From Nitrospirota bacterium (GTDB lineage Bacteria; Nitrospirota; UBA9217), in NCBI GenBank assembly GCA_963737155.1, contig CAVTRN010000001.1, positions 1,056,001-1,120,000 on the forward strand: a stretch of 64,000 bases of DNA. Reading direction: 5' to 3'. A program made the translations under genes and the position numbers. How positions within the stretch are numbered: position 1 is the first letter of the stretch; every line of letters begins with the position of its first letter. Positions 1-10,534 of this stretch are shown one piece after another. The notes under the pieces were generated by a model that searched no databases, was not told where the DNA came from, and saw nothing but the letters and a program-made list of their open reading frames with translations.

Positions 1-1065
1 TGTCTCGTTGATATATGCAATGCGGTCGATGTCGAGGGCGAGTATGACAACGAGTCGCTTGCGGAACTCTCCGCGAGGGATTTCCAGTTTGATGCGATCG
101 AGCAGGAGCGTCCTGTTCGGTAATCCGGTTAGGCCGTCGTAATAGGCCAGATAGTTCAGCCGGTCCTCGAGCTGCCGCTGGTGGGTCAGGTCTTTTGATG
201 TTGCGATGAAATGGGTGATCTCGCCCTTCTCGTCCTTCAGGGGTGTTATGGTGTGGTATAACTCGAAGAGTTCGCCGTTTTTTTTGCGGTTCTTCAGGAT
301 CGCACGATAGGGCTGGCCGGAAATGATCGTTTCCCACATCTCTTTATACACCGCGGGTTCATTCTGGCCGGACTGGAGTATGCGTGGATTTTTGCCGATG
401 AGCTCCTCCCTGCAGTAACCGCTTATCTCAACAACGGCAGAATTGACATAGTCGATGGTGCCGTTCCTGTCCGTGATCAGGACCCAGTCCGATGTGCCTT
501 CAACGGCAAGCGACAGCTTTCGCAGTTCCCGTTCTGTTTTCTTGAGGTCCGTGATGTCCGTTAGGGAAGCGACGCTTTTTTTTGTTCCCGGGATCACGGC
601 CACACTCGCATAAACGTCCCTAAGGGCGCCCTGCTTGTGCCTGATCCTGAATTCGTAGCGCACCGGCGCGGCATCCGACTGCCTGCGCAGTGCATGATAG
701 GTCATCATTCGTTGCAGGTCGTCGGGATGGACGGCGATTGTCCATGCCAGCTTCCCTTCTATCTCCGCCTTCGTATAGCCCGTCATGGCCTCGAATTTGG
801 CATTGGCCAGGGAGATGATCATGTTATCTTCGATGATGATCGTTGCCGCCTCGGAATTCTCGAATATGGTGCGGTAGTAGACTTCCGATTCTCGCATCGT
901 CTGCTCGGTCTGGGCGTGCTCGGCGATTTCCCGTGCGTGCGCTGCATTGGCCGCTTCGAGCTCGGCGGTGAGATTGGCCAGTCTGGCCTGTAGGTCAGAA
1001 TAGTGTTGTTCTTGATTTGCTTTCTCATGCGAATTGAGGGCAGCAGTTTTGTCATCCTGTGTCAT
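1..1065 (-). CDS. PAS-PAS-GGDEF signalling protein (runs off the left edge of the window)
   Basis: Manually translated from ATG at 1065 (SD AGAGGT). Contains a coiled coil, a PAS domain (YRTIFENSEAATIIIEDNMIISLAN), a second PAS/PAC (ITDRNGTIDYVN...GKNPRILQSG) and a GGDEF start (YYDGLTGLPNR...LDIDRIAYINET). Not in the ORF track because it has no stop in the window. Confidence 0.85.
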   Translation of the reverse strand, partial: MTQDDKTAALNSHEKANQEQHYSDLQARLANLTAELEAANAAHAREIAEHAQTEQTMRESEVYYRTIFENSEAATIIIEDNMIISLANAKFEAMTGYTKAEIEGKLAWTIAVHPDDLQRMMTYHALRRQSDAAPVRYEFRIRHKQGALRDVYASVAVIPGTKKSVASLTDITDLKKTERELRKLSLAVEGTSDWVLITDRNGTIDYVNSAVVEISGYCREELIGKNPRILQSGQNEPAVYKEMWETIISGQPYRAILKNRKKNGELFELYHTITPLKDEKGEITHFIATSKDLTHQRQLEDRLNYLAYYDGLTGLPNRTLLLDRIKLEIPRGEFRKRLVVILALDIDRIAYINET

Positions 1066-1435
1066 GATTAAACGACCTCTCGAAAATCCGAAAAGATCTG
1101 CTTGCGGGATAAGGTGAAGCGCATAACGCCTGATGTGCTATTTTTTGTCCGCAGATGGGGGGAAACGTCCTGTTTCAGCGGCTCGATTCTCTACCTGCAA
1201 CTATAGCAAAGAAAAATGCTACAAACAAGGCATCAAGGGAAAAAGCATTAGTCGAACGCACTCGGAAGTCCGATGCTCAAAGTAGAGAGTCATAGGAAAG
1301 TAGGATAAATGCTGATATTCGGTTTACGGACCGTACGCATCTCTAGCTGTATAGTTTGCTATCACGTGCCCGCATCTTATTCATTCGTTCCTGCATCGAT
1401 CATCGAAAACCCTTGCAAATAAGCATTATTCAAAA

Positions 1436-1451
1436 TGGCACGCCTGTTGCT
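1436..1451 (+). promoter_or_regulatory. sigma54 (-24/-12) promoter of nifH operon
   Basis: TGGCACGCCTGTTGCT, exact GG-N10-GC spacing, 36 nt upstream of the nifH ATG. Confidence 0.85.
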
Positions 1452-1460
1452 ATACAGTAA

Positions 1461-2330
<870 letters not shown>

Positions 2331-2342
2331 CGGATGTTCAGG

Positions 2343-2387
2343 CTGTAAACCGTTTGAACCATTTGAGCTGCTAAACCGGTTTAAACT
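2343..2387. repeat. Degenerate 9-nt tandem repeat (GYTTRAACY-like)
   Basis: ctgtaaacc gtttgaacc atttgagct gctaaaccg gtttaaact; related arrays at 19892 and 55562. Confidence 0.6.
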
Positions 2388-2404
2388 GAATTTAAGGAGA
2401 CTCC

Positions 2405-3832
2405 ATGAGTACGAAGATCAAAGACACCCAAAAAATGATCGAAGAGGTTCTGGACGCATATCCTGAGAAGTCGAAGAAGGAGCGAGCCAAGCACCTCGCA
2501 GCCAACGATCCGACGGGACAGTGCATTACCTGCCAAGTGAAGTCGAACGTCAAATCCCGACCCGGCGTCATGACCGTTCGTGGCTGCGCTTACGCGGGAG
2601 CCAAGGGCGTGGTCTGGGGACCGGTGAAGGACCAGATCACGATCAGCCACGGCCCCGTGGGCTGCGGCCAGTACTCGTGGTGGTCACGCAGAAACTACTA
2701 CAATGGCCAGACCGGCATCGATGCCTTCGGCACTATGCACATTACTACGGACTTCCAGGAAAAGAATATCGTTTACGGCGGCGACAAGGGTCTTGAGGCC
2801 GCTATCAAGGAGCTGCATGCGCTCTTCCCACTTGGCCGCGGCATCGGAATCCTGTCCGAGTGTCCGGTGGGACTTATCGGTGACGATATCGAGGCGGTTT
2901 CGAAGCGAGTGGCAAAGGAGATAAACATCCCAATCGTGCCGGTGCGATGCGAAGGCTTCCGCGGCGTGTCTCAGTCCCTGGGTCACCACATCGCAAACGA
3001 TACAATCCGCGATTACGTGCTCGGCAAGGGCGAACTCAAGCGGTCAACGCCCTATGACGTGAACCTCATCGGGGACTACAATATCGGAGGCGATGCCTGG
3101 GCCTCGCGTAAAATTCTCGAGGAGATGGGCCTCCGCGTGATTTCCCAGTACACTGGCGACTCCACAATCAACGAGATCGGCATTGCGACGAAGGCGAAGC
3201 TGAACATTATCCATTGTTACCGATCCATGAACTACATCTGCCGACACATGGAAGAGACATATGGCATCCCGTGGATGGAGTTTAACTTTTTCGGCCCCAC
3301 GAAGACTTATGACAGTATCAGGAAAATCGCGGCCAAATTCGACGAGAAGATTCAGGCAAATGCCGAGGCGGTGATCGCAAAATACAAGCCACTCATGGAC
3401 AAGGTCGTGGAGTACTACCGCCCCAAACTCGAGGGCAAGAAGGTGATGCTCTATGTGGGCGGTCTCAGGCCTCGCCACACCATTGGCGCTTATGAAGATC
3501 TGGGCATGGAGGTGGTAGCATCGGGTTACGAGTTCGGCCATAGCGATGATTATAAGCGGACCTATCCCGAAATGAAGGAAGGCGCGGTGATTATGGACGA
3601 TGCCACGCTCTACGAACTGGAAGAGTTCACTCGGAGGCTAAAGCCGGACATGGTTGGCTCAGGCATCAAGGAAAAGTATTCGTACCACAAGCTCGGCGTG
3701 CCGTTCCGGCAGATGCATTCATGGGACTATTCCGGCCCTTATCATGGATTCGACGGATTTCCGGTCTTTGCCCGGGACATGGACATGACCGTGAACAGCC
3801 CGACGTGGAGTTTGATACGGAAAAAGAAGTAA
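2405..3832 (+). CDS. nifD: Nitrogenase MoFe protein alpha chain
   Basis: P-cluster Cys in GCAYAG, GPVGCG and SECPVG; FeMoco ligands in HCYRS and FRQMHSWDY; 475 aa, without the long group II insertion. Confidence 0.98.
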   Translation: MSTKIKDTQKMIEEVLDAYPEKSKKERAKHLAANDPTGQCITCQVKSNVKSRPGVMTVRGCAYAGAKGVVWGPVKDQITISHGPVGCGQYSWWSRRNYYNGQTGIDAFGTMHITTDFQEKNIVYGGDKGLEAAIKELHALFPLGRGIGILSECPVGLIGDDIEAVSKRVAKEINIPIVPVRCEGFRGVSQSLGHHIANDTIRDYVLGKGELKRSTPYDVNLIGDYNIGGDAWASRKILEEMGLRVISQYTGDSTINEIGIATKAKLNIIHCYRSMNYICRHMEETYGIPWMEFNFFGPTKTYDSIRKIAAKFDEKIQANAEAVIAKYKPLMDKVVEYYRPKLEGKKVMLYVGGLRPRHTIGAYEDLGMEVVASGYEFGHSDDYKRTYPEMKEGAVIMDDATLYELEEFTRRLKPDMVGSGIKEKYSYHKLGVPFRQMHSWDYSGPYHGFDGFPVFARDMDMTVNSPTWSLIRKKK

Positions 3833-3958
3833 TTCCATCTCATACGGAGCTGCAGAGCATGCAGAGAAATCAAAGAAAAGAGATTAAGTATTGTTTTGAC
3901 TCCGCGTTCTCCACGCTTCTGCAAGAAAATTGAAGATTTTGTCCTTGGAGGTTTAATC

Positions 3959-5464
3959 ATGAAAGTCAGAGACCATAGCGAGCTGTTCAAACAGAAAGAC
4001 TACAAGGAGCAGTTTGAACGCAAGAAGGAGTTCGAGAACTGCTGGCCCGCGGAGAAGGTTCAGGAAATCGCCGAATGGACCAAGACAGAGGAATACAAGG
4101 AGCTCAATTTCAAGCGGGAGAATATCAAGATCAATCCCGCCAAGGCATGCCAGCCTTTGGGCGCGGTGTTCTGCGCCTCAGGATTTGCCGGCTCTATGCC
4201 ATTTGTGCAGGGCGCGCAGGGGTGCGTGGCCTATTTCCGGAGCCACCTTTCCCGCCACTTCAAGGAGCCTTTTGCCGCGATCTCCACGTCCATGACTGAA
4301 GATGCGGCGGTGTTCGGTGGCTTAAACAACATGCTCGAAGGCCTGGAGAACGCCTATACCCTGTACAAACCCAAGATGATCTCGGTCTCTACGACATGCA
4401 TGGCCGAGGTGATCGGCGATGACTTGAACGCCTACATCAAAACAGCGCGCGAAAAAGGAGTAATTCCCCAGGACCTGCCGGTGCCCTTCGCGCATACGCC
4501 GAGCTTCGTAGGTTCCCACATCGTGGGCTACGATAACATGTTGAAAGGTATTCTCAAGGCGCTCACAGCAGGGAAAAAGAGTGAGTCGAACGGGAAGATC
4601 AACATCATCCCGGGCTTCGATACATACACGGGCAACTATCACGAGATCAAGCGGCTCATGACCATGATGGGTGTTGAGTTTACACTGCTTGCGGATGTGA
4701 GCGACATATTTGATTCGCCGAACACAGGCGAGTATAAGCTATACCCAGGAGGGACACCGCTTCAAGATGCCATGGATGCGGTGAACGCACAGGCTACCGT
4801 GGCGCTCCAGAAATATTCGACTGTGAAGACCATGGACCAAATCCAAAAGGACTGGGAGCAGAAAACTCTCACGATGCCCTTGATAGGCATCAAGAACACG
4901 GACGCATTTTTCGAAGAACTAAGCAAGCTCACGGGCAAACCAATACCGGCTTCCATCGAAGCTGAACGCGGCAGGGCAGTAGATGCCATGGTGGACTCAC
5001 ATCCCTATGTCCACGGCAAACGCTATGCCCTGGTCGGCGATCCCGACATTCTGTTAGGGATGATGAGCCTCATCATGGAGATGGGAGGCGAACCCATTCA
5101 CGTGGTCTGCACAAACGGGGACAAAAACTTCGAGGCTGAAGCAAAAGGGCTGCTCGCATCTTCTCCCTTTGGAGCAAACGGTACAGTCTACGCGGGTAAG
5201 GACATGTGGCATCTGCGCTCGCTCCTGTTCACTGATCCAGTAGACATCCTGATCGGGAACTCCTACGCGAAATTCCTGACCCGCGATACGGGAACGCCGC
5301 TCGTCAGGATGGGATTCCCGATCTTTGACCGGCACCACTTGCACCGCCAGCCGATTGTCGGGTATCAGGGCGCGCTTAACCTTATTACCATGCTGGTGAA
5401 CACGTCGCTTGACGAACTGGATCGGAAAACCGAGGATTCAGCGAGCTTTGATGTGATCAGATAA
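3959..5464 (+). CDS. nifK: Nitrogenase MoFe protein beta chain
   Basis: INPAKACQPLGA, GAQGCVAY, TTCMAEVIGDD and GFPIFDRHH motifs; start moved to the ATG after SD GGAGG. Confidence 0.98.
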   Translation: MKVRDHSELFKQKDYKEQFERKKEFENCWPAEKVQEIAEWTKTEEYKELNFKRENIKINPAKACQPLGAVFCASGFAGSMPFVQGAQGCVAYFRSHLSRHFKEPFAAISTSMTEDAAVFGGLNNMLEGLENAYTLYKPKMISVSTTCMAEVIGDDLNAYIKTAREKGVIPQDLPVPFAHTPSFVGSHIVGYDNMLKGILKALTAGKKSESNGKINIIPGFDTYTGNYHEIKRLMTMMGVEFTLLADVSDIFDSPNTGEYKLYPGGTPLQDAMDAVNAQATVALQKYSTVKTMDQIQKDWEQKTLTMPLIGIKNTDAFFEELSKLTGKPIPASIEAERGRAVDAMVDSHPYVHGKRYALVGDPDILLGMMSLIMEMGGEPIHVVCTNGDKNFEAEAKGLLASSPFGANGTVYAGKDMWHLRSLLFTDPVDILIGNSYAKFLTRDTGTPLVRMGFPIFDRHHLHRQPIVGYQGALNLITMLVNTSLDELDRKTEDSASFDVIR

Positions 5465-5506
5465 TAATAGTTCAAAGTTCAGAGTACAGAGTGTACGGAG
5501 CATTTT

Positions 5507-8131
5507 ATGACTACGGCAATCGACAGGCTGACGCAGGATGGGTGTTCGACGGACGACAAGCACAAGGTTTGTCGCGCTCGAGGTGGCGAGTCCTGTGCAT
5601 TCGATGGAGCCATGATTGTGCTCCAGCCTATAGCTGACACGGCGCACATCGTGCATGGACCCATAGCCTGCTGCGGCAATTCCTGGGAAGGTAGGGGGAC
5701 GTTGTCAACGAAGGGTGAACTCCATACCATGGGATTCACTACGGACATGAGTGAGATCGACATCGTCTATGGGTCTGAAGAGAAACTTCGGGCCTCGATT
5801 AAACGGACGTTCGAAGCTGTAAAACCCAAGGCGATTTTTGTGTATTCAACCTGCGTGAGCGGGCTTACGGGAGAGGATATCGACGCCGCCTGTAAGCGGG
5901 CGGAGATCGAACTGGGGATACGGGTGATCCCGGTGAACGCGCCCGGTTTTGTGGGACCGAAGAACCTGGGCAACCGCATTGCAGGCGAAGTTTTGCTCGA
6001 AGAGGTGATCGGAACCGGAGAAACGCCGATCATGACGCACAGCGATATCAACCTGATCGGCGAGTATAATATCGCCGGTGACCTCTGGCTCGTGGAACCG
6101 CTCCTCGCAAAGGCCGGCATCCGTATCCTCTCGCGGATTACGGGCGACTCGACCTTCGAGGAGATTACCTGGGCACACCAGGCAAAGCTCAACGTGGTTG
6201 TGTGCAGCCGTGCGTTGATAAATGTAGCGAAGGAGATGGAGCGGAAATACGGCATTCCCTTTGTCGAGGTATCGTTTTACGGCAGCACTGAAATCGCCAA
6301 GGCTCTGCGCGCGATTGCGGATACGTTGCAGCGCAGGGTTGGTCGCGATGAGCCGCCGTTGACCGCAATGGTCGAGGATCTCATAAAAACCGAAGAAAAG
6401 CGGCTGAATCAGCAGCTCAGGCCGTATCAGCATCTTCACGGGAAAAAAGCAGTGCTATACACGGGCGGCGTCAAGAGCTGGTCCTTCATCTCGGCGCTTC
6501 GCGATTTGGGCATCGAGATCGTTGCCATCGGAACCAAGAAAAGTACGGCGGAGGACGAAGAGAAGATGAAAGCGATCCTCGGGCCTGACGCGCCGCTGGT
6601 GGAGGATGTAACGCCGAAGAACCTACTGAAACTCCTGAAAGATCGGAACGCGGACATTCTTGTTGCCGGTGGCCGGAACCAGTATTTGGCAATCAAGGAA
6701 GGTTATCCTTTTGTGGATGTGAACCAGGAGCGGCATACGCCCTATGCGGGCTACCTGGGGCTGGTGAATCTGGCCGAGCAGATAAGTAATGGAATCGATT
6801 TCTATGGACAGGGCAAGGATCAAAGCACAAGATTCAAGGAGAGTAACGCAAACATCGTGCGGACCGAAACTCGAAACTTGAAACAGCACCGCGAACTCTT
6901 GATTGATCCGTTGAAGCATTCACCGTCGATGGGCGCCGCAATGGCGCTCCAGGGAATCGACCGGGCTTTGCCGATTATTCACGGGGCGCAAGGCTGCACG
7001 TTCCTCGGCAAGGTGCTTCTGACCAAACATTTTCGCGACCCTATCGCGCTCGCCACGAGCAAGCTTTTTGTGGAAGACGTGGTCATGGGGAGCGAGGAAA
7101 AGCTTGTTCAGACGATTGAAGGGTTTATCGAGAAGAACGATCCGGCGCTTATCGGCGTCCTGACGTCGGGGTTGAGCGAAGTGAAAGGCGACGACGTATC
7201 GAGTGTGGTCAAACAACTCGGAAGCCGATACCCGAATCGACGAATTATTCATATCCCGACACCGGACTATGATGGCGGGTTGGAAACAGGATATGCTAGA
7301 GTGATTGAGAAAATAGTTTTGAGTCTTGAGTCCGGAGATCGAAGAAGTGAGGGAGAGCAGATCAACGTTTTTGCCGGGTCGCATTGTACCCCTGCAGATT
7401 TCAGCGAGATCCGGCAAATCATCGAATCCTTCGGCCTGAAAGCAATTATGCTCCCCGATCTATCCTCGCTCGATGGCAGCAGGCAGGGTGTTTCTCCTCT
7501 TGCTCTGGGCGGTACGAGCATAGATGAGTTAAGCACACTGGGAGCCTCATCGTTTACGGTCGCTTTTGGAAAGAGTCTGGAACCGGCGGCGCGCCTGCTG
7601 GAAGAGCGGACCGGTGTTCATTACCAGATGTTCGACAGTGCAACAGGCCTTGGCGACACAGACGAGCTACTTCGGACGCTCAGCCGGATCAGCGGCAAGC
7701 CCATTCCGCGGCAATACGACCGGCAGCGAAGGGTTCTGGTCGATGCAATGCGGGATGCAAACTTTTTCTTTGGTGGCAAAAAGGTCTGTCTTGCCTTGGA
7801 ACCGGATCACGCACTCCAGTCCGCAAAATGGATCTCAGCAATGGGCGCGTCCGTAAATCTGGCGATTATTCCAACATTGTCCGTCGCAGCGGAACACATT
7901 TCTGCTCGGGAAGTCCAGATCGGCGATCTGCATTCGATCACCGGAGAGTTCGATGTGCTCGTATCCAATTCTCATGCAGAGGGCACGGCAAAGCGGCTTG
8001 GCATCCCGTTATATGAAATGGGATTCCCAGTGTATAAATCTCTAGGGTATACATCGAAAATCATGAGCGGTTACCGGGGAATGCTGTCGATGGTGAACGA
8101 AATGGCCAATCTACTGATGAAGAAGCATTGA
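5507..8131 (+). CDS. nifEN: Fused FeMo-cofactor scaffold NifE-NifN
   Basis: N-half NifE (CAFDGA, HGPIACC, YTGGVKSWS) and C-half NifN (PLKHSPSMGA, HGAQGCT) in one 874-aa ORF. Confidence 0.95.
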   Translation: MTTAIDRLTQDGCSTDDKHKVCRARGGESCAFDGAMIVLQPIADTAHIVHGPIACCGNSWEGRGTLSTKGELHTMGFTTDMSEIDIVYGSEEKLRASIKRTFEAVKPKAIFVYSTCVSGLTGEDIDAACKRAEIELGIRVIPVNAPGFVGPKNLGNRIAGEVLLEEVIGTGETPIMTHSDINLIGEYNIAGDLWLVEPLLAKAGIRILSRITGDSTFEEITWAHQAKLNVVVCSRALINVAKEMERKYGIPFVEVSFYGSTEIAKALRAIADTLQRRVGRDEPPLTAMVEDLIKTEEKRLNQQLRPYQHLHGKKAVLYTGGVKSWSFISALRDLGIEIVAIGTKKSTAEDEEKMKAILGPDAPLVEDVTPKNLLKLLKDRNADILVAGGRNQYLAIKEGYPFVDVNQERHTPYAGYLGLVNLAEQISNGIDFYGQGKDQSTRFKESNANIVRTETRNLKQHRELLIDPLKHSPSMGAAMALQGIDRALPIIHGAQGCTFLGKVLLTKHFRDPIALATSKLFVEDVVMGSEEKLVQTIEGFIEKNDPALIGVLTSGLSEVKGDDVSSVVKQLGSRYPNRRIIHIPTPDYDGGLETGYARVIEKIVLSLESGDRRSEGEQINVFAGSHCTPADFSEIRQIIESFGLKAIMLPDLSSLDGSRQGVSPLALGGTSIDELSTLGASSFTVAFGKSLEPAARLLEERTGVHYQMFDSATGLGDTDELLRTLSRISGKPIPRQYDRQRRVLVDAMRDANFFFGGKKVCLALEPDHALQSAKWISAMGASVNLAIIPTLSVAAEHISAREVQIGDLHSITGEFDVLVSNSHAEGTAKRLGIPLYEMGFPVYKSLGYTSKIMSGYRGMLSMVNEMANLLMKKH

Positions 8132-8187
8132 TACTGCAGTGTCAGGCAGCACGGGCCAAGGAACAAGGACTGTTACAGGAGGAAAGC

Positions 8188-8580
8188 ATGAAAGTCGCAT
8201 TCGCAACGACCGATGGGAATAATGTGGATGAACATTTTGGCCGAGCTGGGATGTTCGCCATTTACGAAATGACGCAGGAAGGCCATCACTTCGTGGAAAT
8301 CCGGAAATTTTCCGACGGCATGGACAAGTCCGTGACGGACACAAAAGACATGGGCCCGCTTCATGATAGCGCGGTCCAGAGCAAGATCGACCGTCTTGCC
8401 GACTGCAAGCTTGTATACCTGACGGAAATAGGCGGGCCCTCGGCGGCTCGGCTAGTGAAAAAAGGCATGATGCCCCTGAAGGTGAAGGAACCGGTTGCTA
8501 TTGAAAGCGCTCTCGTAAAGCTCGAAGAAACGATAAAAAAATCACCGCCGCCGTGGCTGCGAAAAGCGTTGGAAAAGTAA
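8188..8580 (+). CDS. nifX: NifX family FeMo-cofactor carrier
   Basis: MKVAFAT...VDEHFGRA...IGGPSAARLV...PPPWLRK; follows nifEN; SD AGGAGG. Confidence 0.92.
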   Translation: MKVAFATTDGNNVDEHFGRAGMFAIYEMTQEGHHFVEIRKFSDGMDKSVTDTKDMGPLHDSAVQSKIDRLADCKLVYLTEIGGPSAARLVKKGMMPLKVKEPVAIESALVKLEETIKKSPPPWLRKALEK

Positions 8581-8614
8581 GAGTAGGAGATAATAAATCA
8601 GGAGGAGAGAAGCC

Positions 8615-8932
8615 ATGAAAATGATCAGAGCATTCATACGTCCCGAGAAGGAACAGGAAGTCGTGCTGGCACTGGAAGGCGCCGGTTTTCCGTCGCTCAC
8701 CAAGGTGCCCGTGTTCGGGCGGGGTAAGCAGAAAGGGCTGACCGTCGGGCCGGTGCATTATGATGAGTTGCCGAAAACGCTTATCATGACTGTTATTGAC
8801 GACAAGGATCTGGACAGGGTTTTGAAAGTTATCCAGGACAAGGCGCGGACCGGGTTCATCGGAGACGGCAAGATATTTATCAGCCCGGTGGAGAGCGCGT
8901 ACACGGTCAGGACCGGCGAAGCAGGTTTGTAG
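8615..8932 (+). CDS. nifI1: PII-family nitrogenase regulator NifI1
   Basis: MKMIRAFIRPEK, GRGKQKG, YDELPK (short T-loop), GDGKIF; first of a tandem PII pair in the nif cluster. Confidence 0.85.
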   Translation: MKMIRAFIRPEKEQEVVLALEGAGFPSLTKVPVFGRGKQKGLTVGPVHYDELPKTLIMTVIDDKDLDRVLKVIQDKARTGFIGDGKIFISPVESAYTVRTGEAGL

Positions 8933-9049
8933 TAGTATGGCACACTGGTTACTGTGGAAGCGCATAGAGCAGAAGGCGGGGTGCAAAACTTAACGCCGTG
9001 CGTCGTGCTTTCGCGCCTGCGTAGCCTTATCAAAGAGGGGGCCTTAATC

Positions 9050-9466
9050 ATGAAGGAAATCACAGCAATTATACGCCGGGACAAGCTTCCGGTAACTAAA
9101 AAAGCTCTTGAGGATCTCGGCTTTCCATCGCTTACGATTCAAAGCGTCGATGGCCGAGGAAAACAGAAGGGCGCCATGTGCGGTGAGATGGATTCCGAGC
9201 TTCCGGATAGTTACTGCACCTCGGCAAAGCTGAAGCCAACTCCATCAACGTATGCCTTGGAACATTCGCTGCCAAAAGTGGCGCTCTACGTACCAAAGCG
9301 GCTGCTCACGATCATAGTACCCGATGACGTGGTCATGGCCGTGGTAAAATCGCTCATCAAAGTGAACAAAACCGGCAAAGCCGGCGATGGTAAAATATTC
9401 GTATCGCCCATCGAAGGTGCGTTGCGGGTACGCACTGGTGAGAAGAATGGTGAAGCGATAGTGTAA
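9050..9466 (+). CDS. nifI2: PII-family nitrogenase regulator NifI2
   Basis: MKEITAIIR, GRGK, long T-loop, PKRLL, GDGKIFV..RVRTGE. Confidence 0.85.
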   Translation: MKEITAIIRRDKLPVTKKALEDLGFPSLTIQSVDGRGKQKGAMCGEMDSELPDSYCTSAKLKPTPSTYALEHSLPKVALYVPKRLLTIIVPDDVVMAVVKSLIKVNKTGKAGDGKIFVSPIEGALRVRTGEKNGEAIV

Positions 9467-9539
9467 TGCTCTGCAGAGGGCAGAGTCATATCCGCCTGTT
9501 TTGTACACTACCCATGCGTCATTCACATCAGGAGGTACC

Positions 9540-9818
9540 ATGTCACCGATTACTGGAAAAACCCGGGGCGGCAAGCCCTGGACTCCAAAATTCATTGATC
9601 AGATCGATATCCATAAGTGCATCGGCTGCGGACGGTGCTACAAGGTTTGCGGTTTCGAAGTCCTTGAACTTATCGAGAAACCTTTCGAAGGTGAGGATGA
9701 GTACGGGGACGATATGGGCAATAAGGTCATGTCCGTTGCACACCCCGAGAACTGCATCGGGTGCGAAGCGTGCAACCGGGCCTGCACCAAGAAGTGTCAT
9801 GTGCATGTGATGGCGTGA
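9540..9818 (+). CDS. fdxB: nif-specific ferredoxin III (2x[4Fe-4S])
   Basis: TRGGKPWTPKF N-terminus, CIGCGRCYKVC and CIGCEACNRAC; SD GGAGG. Confidence 0.88.
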   Translation: MSPITGKTRGGKPWTPKFIDQIDIHKCIGCGRCYKVCGFEVLELIEKPFEGEDEYGDDMGNKVMSVAHPENCIGCEACNRACTKKCHVHVMA

Positions 9819-9903
9819 TTGCAGGCTGCTGCTGGTGACAAAGGACGCGAAATCTCCCTCGTCCTTGCTGTAGAGGGTCGTCGGGAGGGACGGGATTACG
9901 TTT

Positions 9904-10356
9904 ATGAACGTCACCATTCGTACTGCCGGGACCGGAGATATCCCCCGGATGAGTGAGCTCCTCGAGAAGCTTTTTTCTCTCGAATCCGATTTTACACCGA
10001 ATAATGAGAACCAGACGCGCGGCCTTGATATGCTGGTCAATGAACCATCGGGAATGAGTCATGTCCTGGTTGCCGTCCATGAGGGAATCATTGTCGGCAT
10101 GGCCACGGTCCAGACGCTAATTTCCACGGCTGAGGGAGGTTGCGTCGGGTTGGTTGAAGACGTGATCGTTGACCGAGAATTCCGGGGTCGGGGCATCGGT
10201 ACGCTTTTGCTAAAATATATTGTGGAATGGAGCAGATCTCGAAACCTAAAGCGTCTCCAACTCTTGGCTGACCATGAAAACCATAGCGCCTTGGCTTATT
10301 ATGCAAAACATGGTTGGAGCACAACCAGCTTGATTTGCCTGCGAAAGACGTTCTGA
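9904..10356 (+). CDS. GNAT family N-acetyltransferase
   Basis: VEDVIVDREFRGRGIG acetyl-CoA motif A; N..ALAYY..HGW. Confidence 0.9.
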   Translation: MNVTIRTAGTGDIPRMSELLEKLFSLESDFTPNNENQTRGLDMLVNEPSGMSHVLVAVHEGIIVGMATVQTLISTAEGGCVGLVEDVIVDREFRGRGIGTLLLKYIVEWSRSRNLKRLQLLADHENHSALAYYAKHGWSTTSLICLRKTF

Positions 10357-10486
10357 GCATCATCAAAATAAGCAAGTTTTTACTGAAACATCCGCAGTTT
10401 GCCTTAAATCTACGCACGTGCCTCTTTTTTCCTTTTCATGCCCCCCCATCTGAAAGGCAACCCATTAATTCTTCTCGGTTTTCTCC

Positions 10487-10502
10487 TGGCAATGATATTG
10501 CT
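10487..10502 (+). promoter_or_regulatory. sigma54 (-24/-12) promoter of nifB-hesA
   Basis: TGGCAATGATATTGCT, GG-N10-GC spacing, 32 nt upstream of the nifB ATG. Confidence 0.75.
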
Positions 10503-10534
10503 ATAGTCATGAGTATTAGTGCAAGGAGGTTGCT

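Noticed and set aside
2405-5464. Alternative (V or Fe-only) nitrogenase
   Set aside because: No vnfG/anfG between D and K; HCYRS and FRQMHSWDY are Mo-type signatures; nifEN is present.
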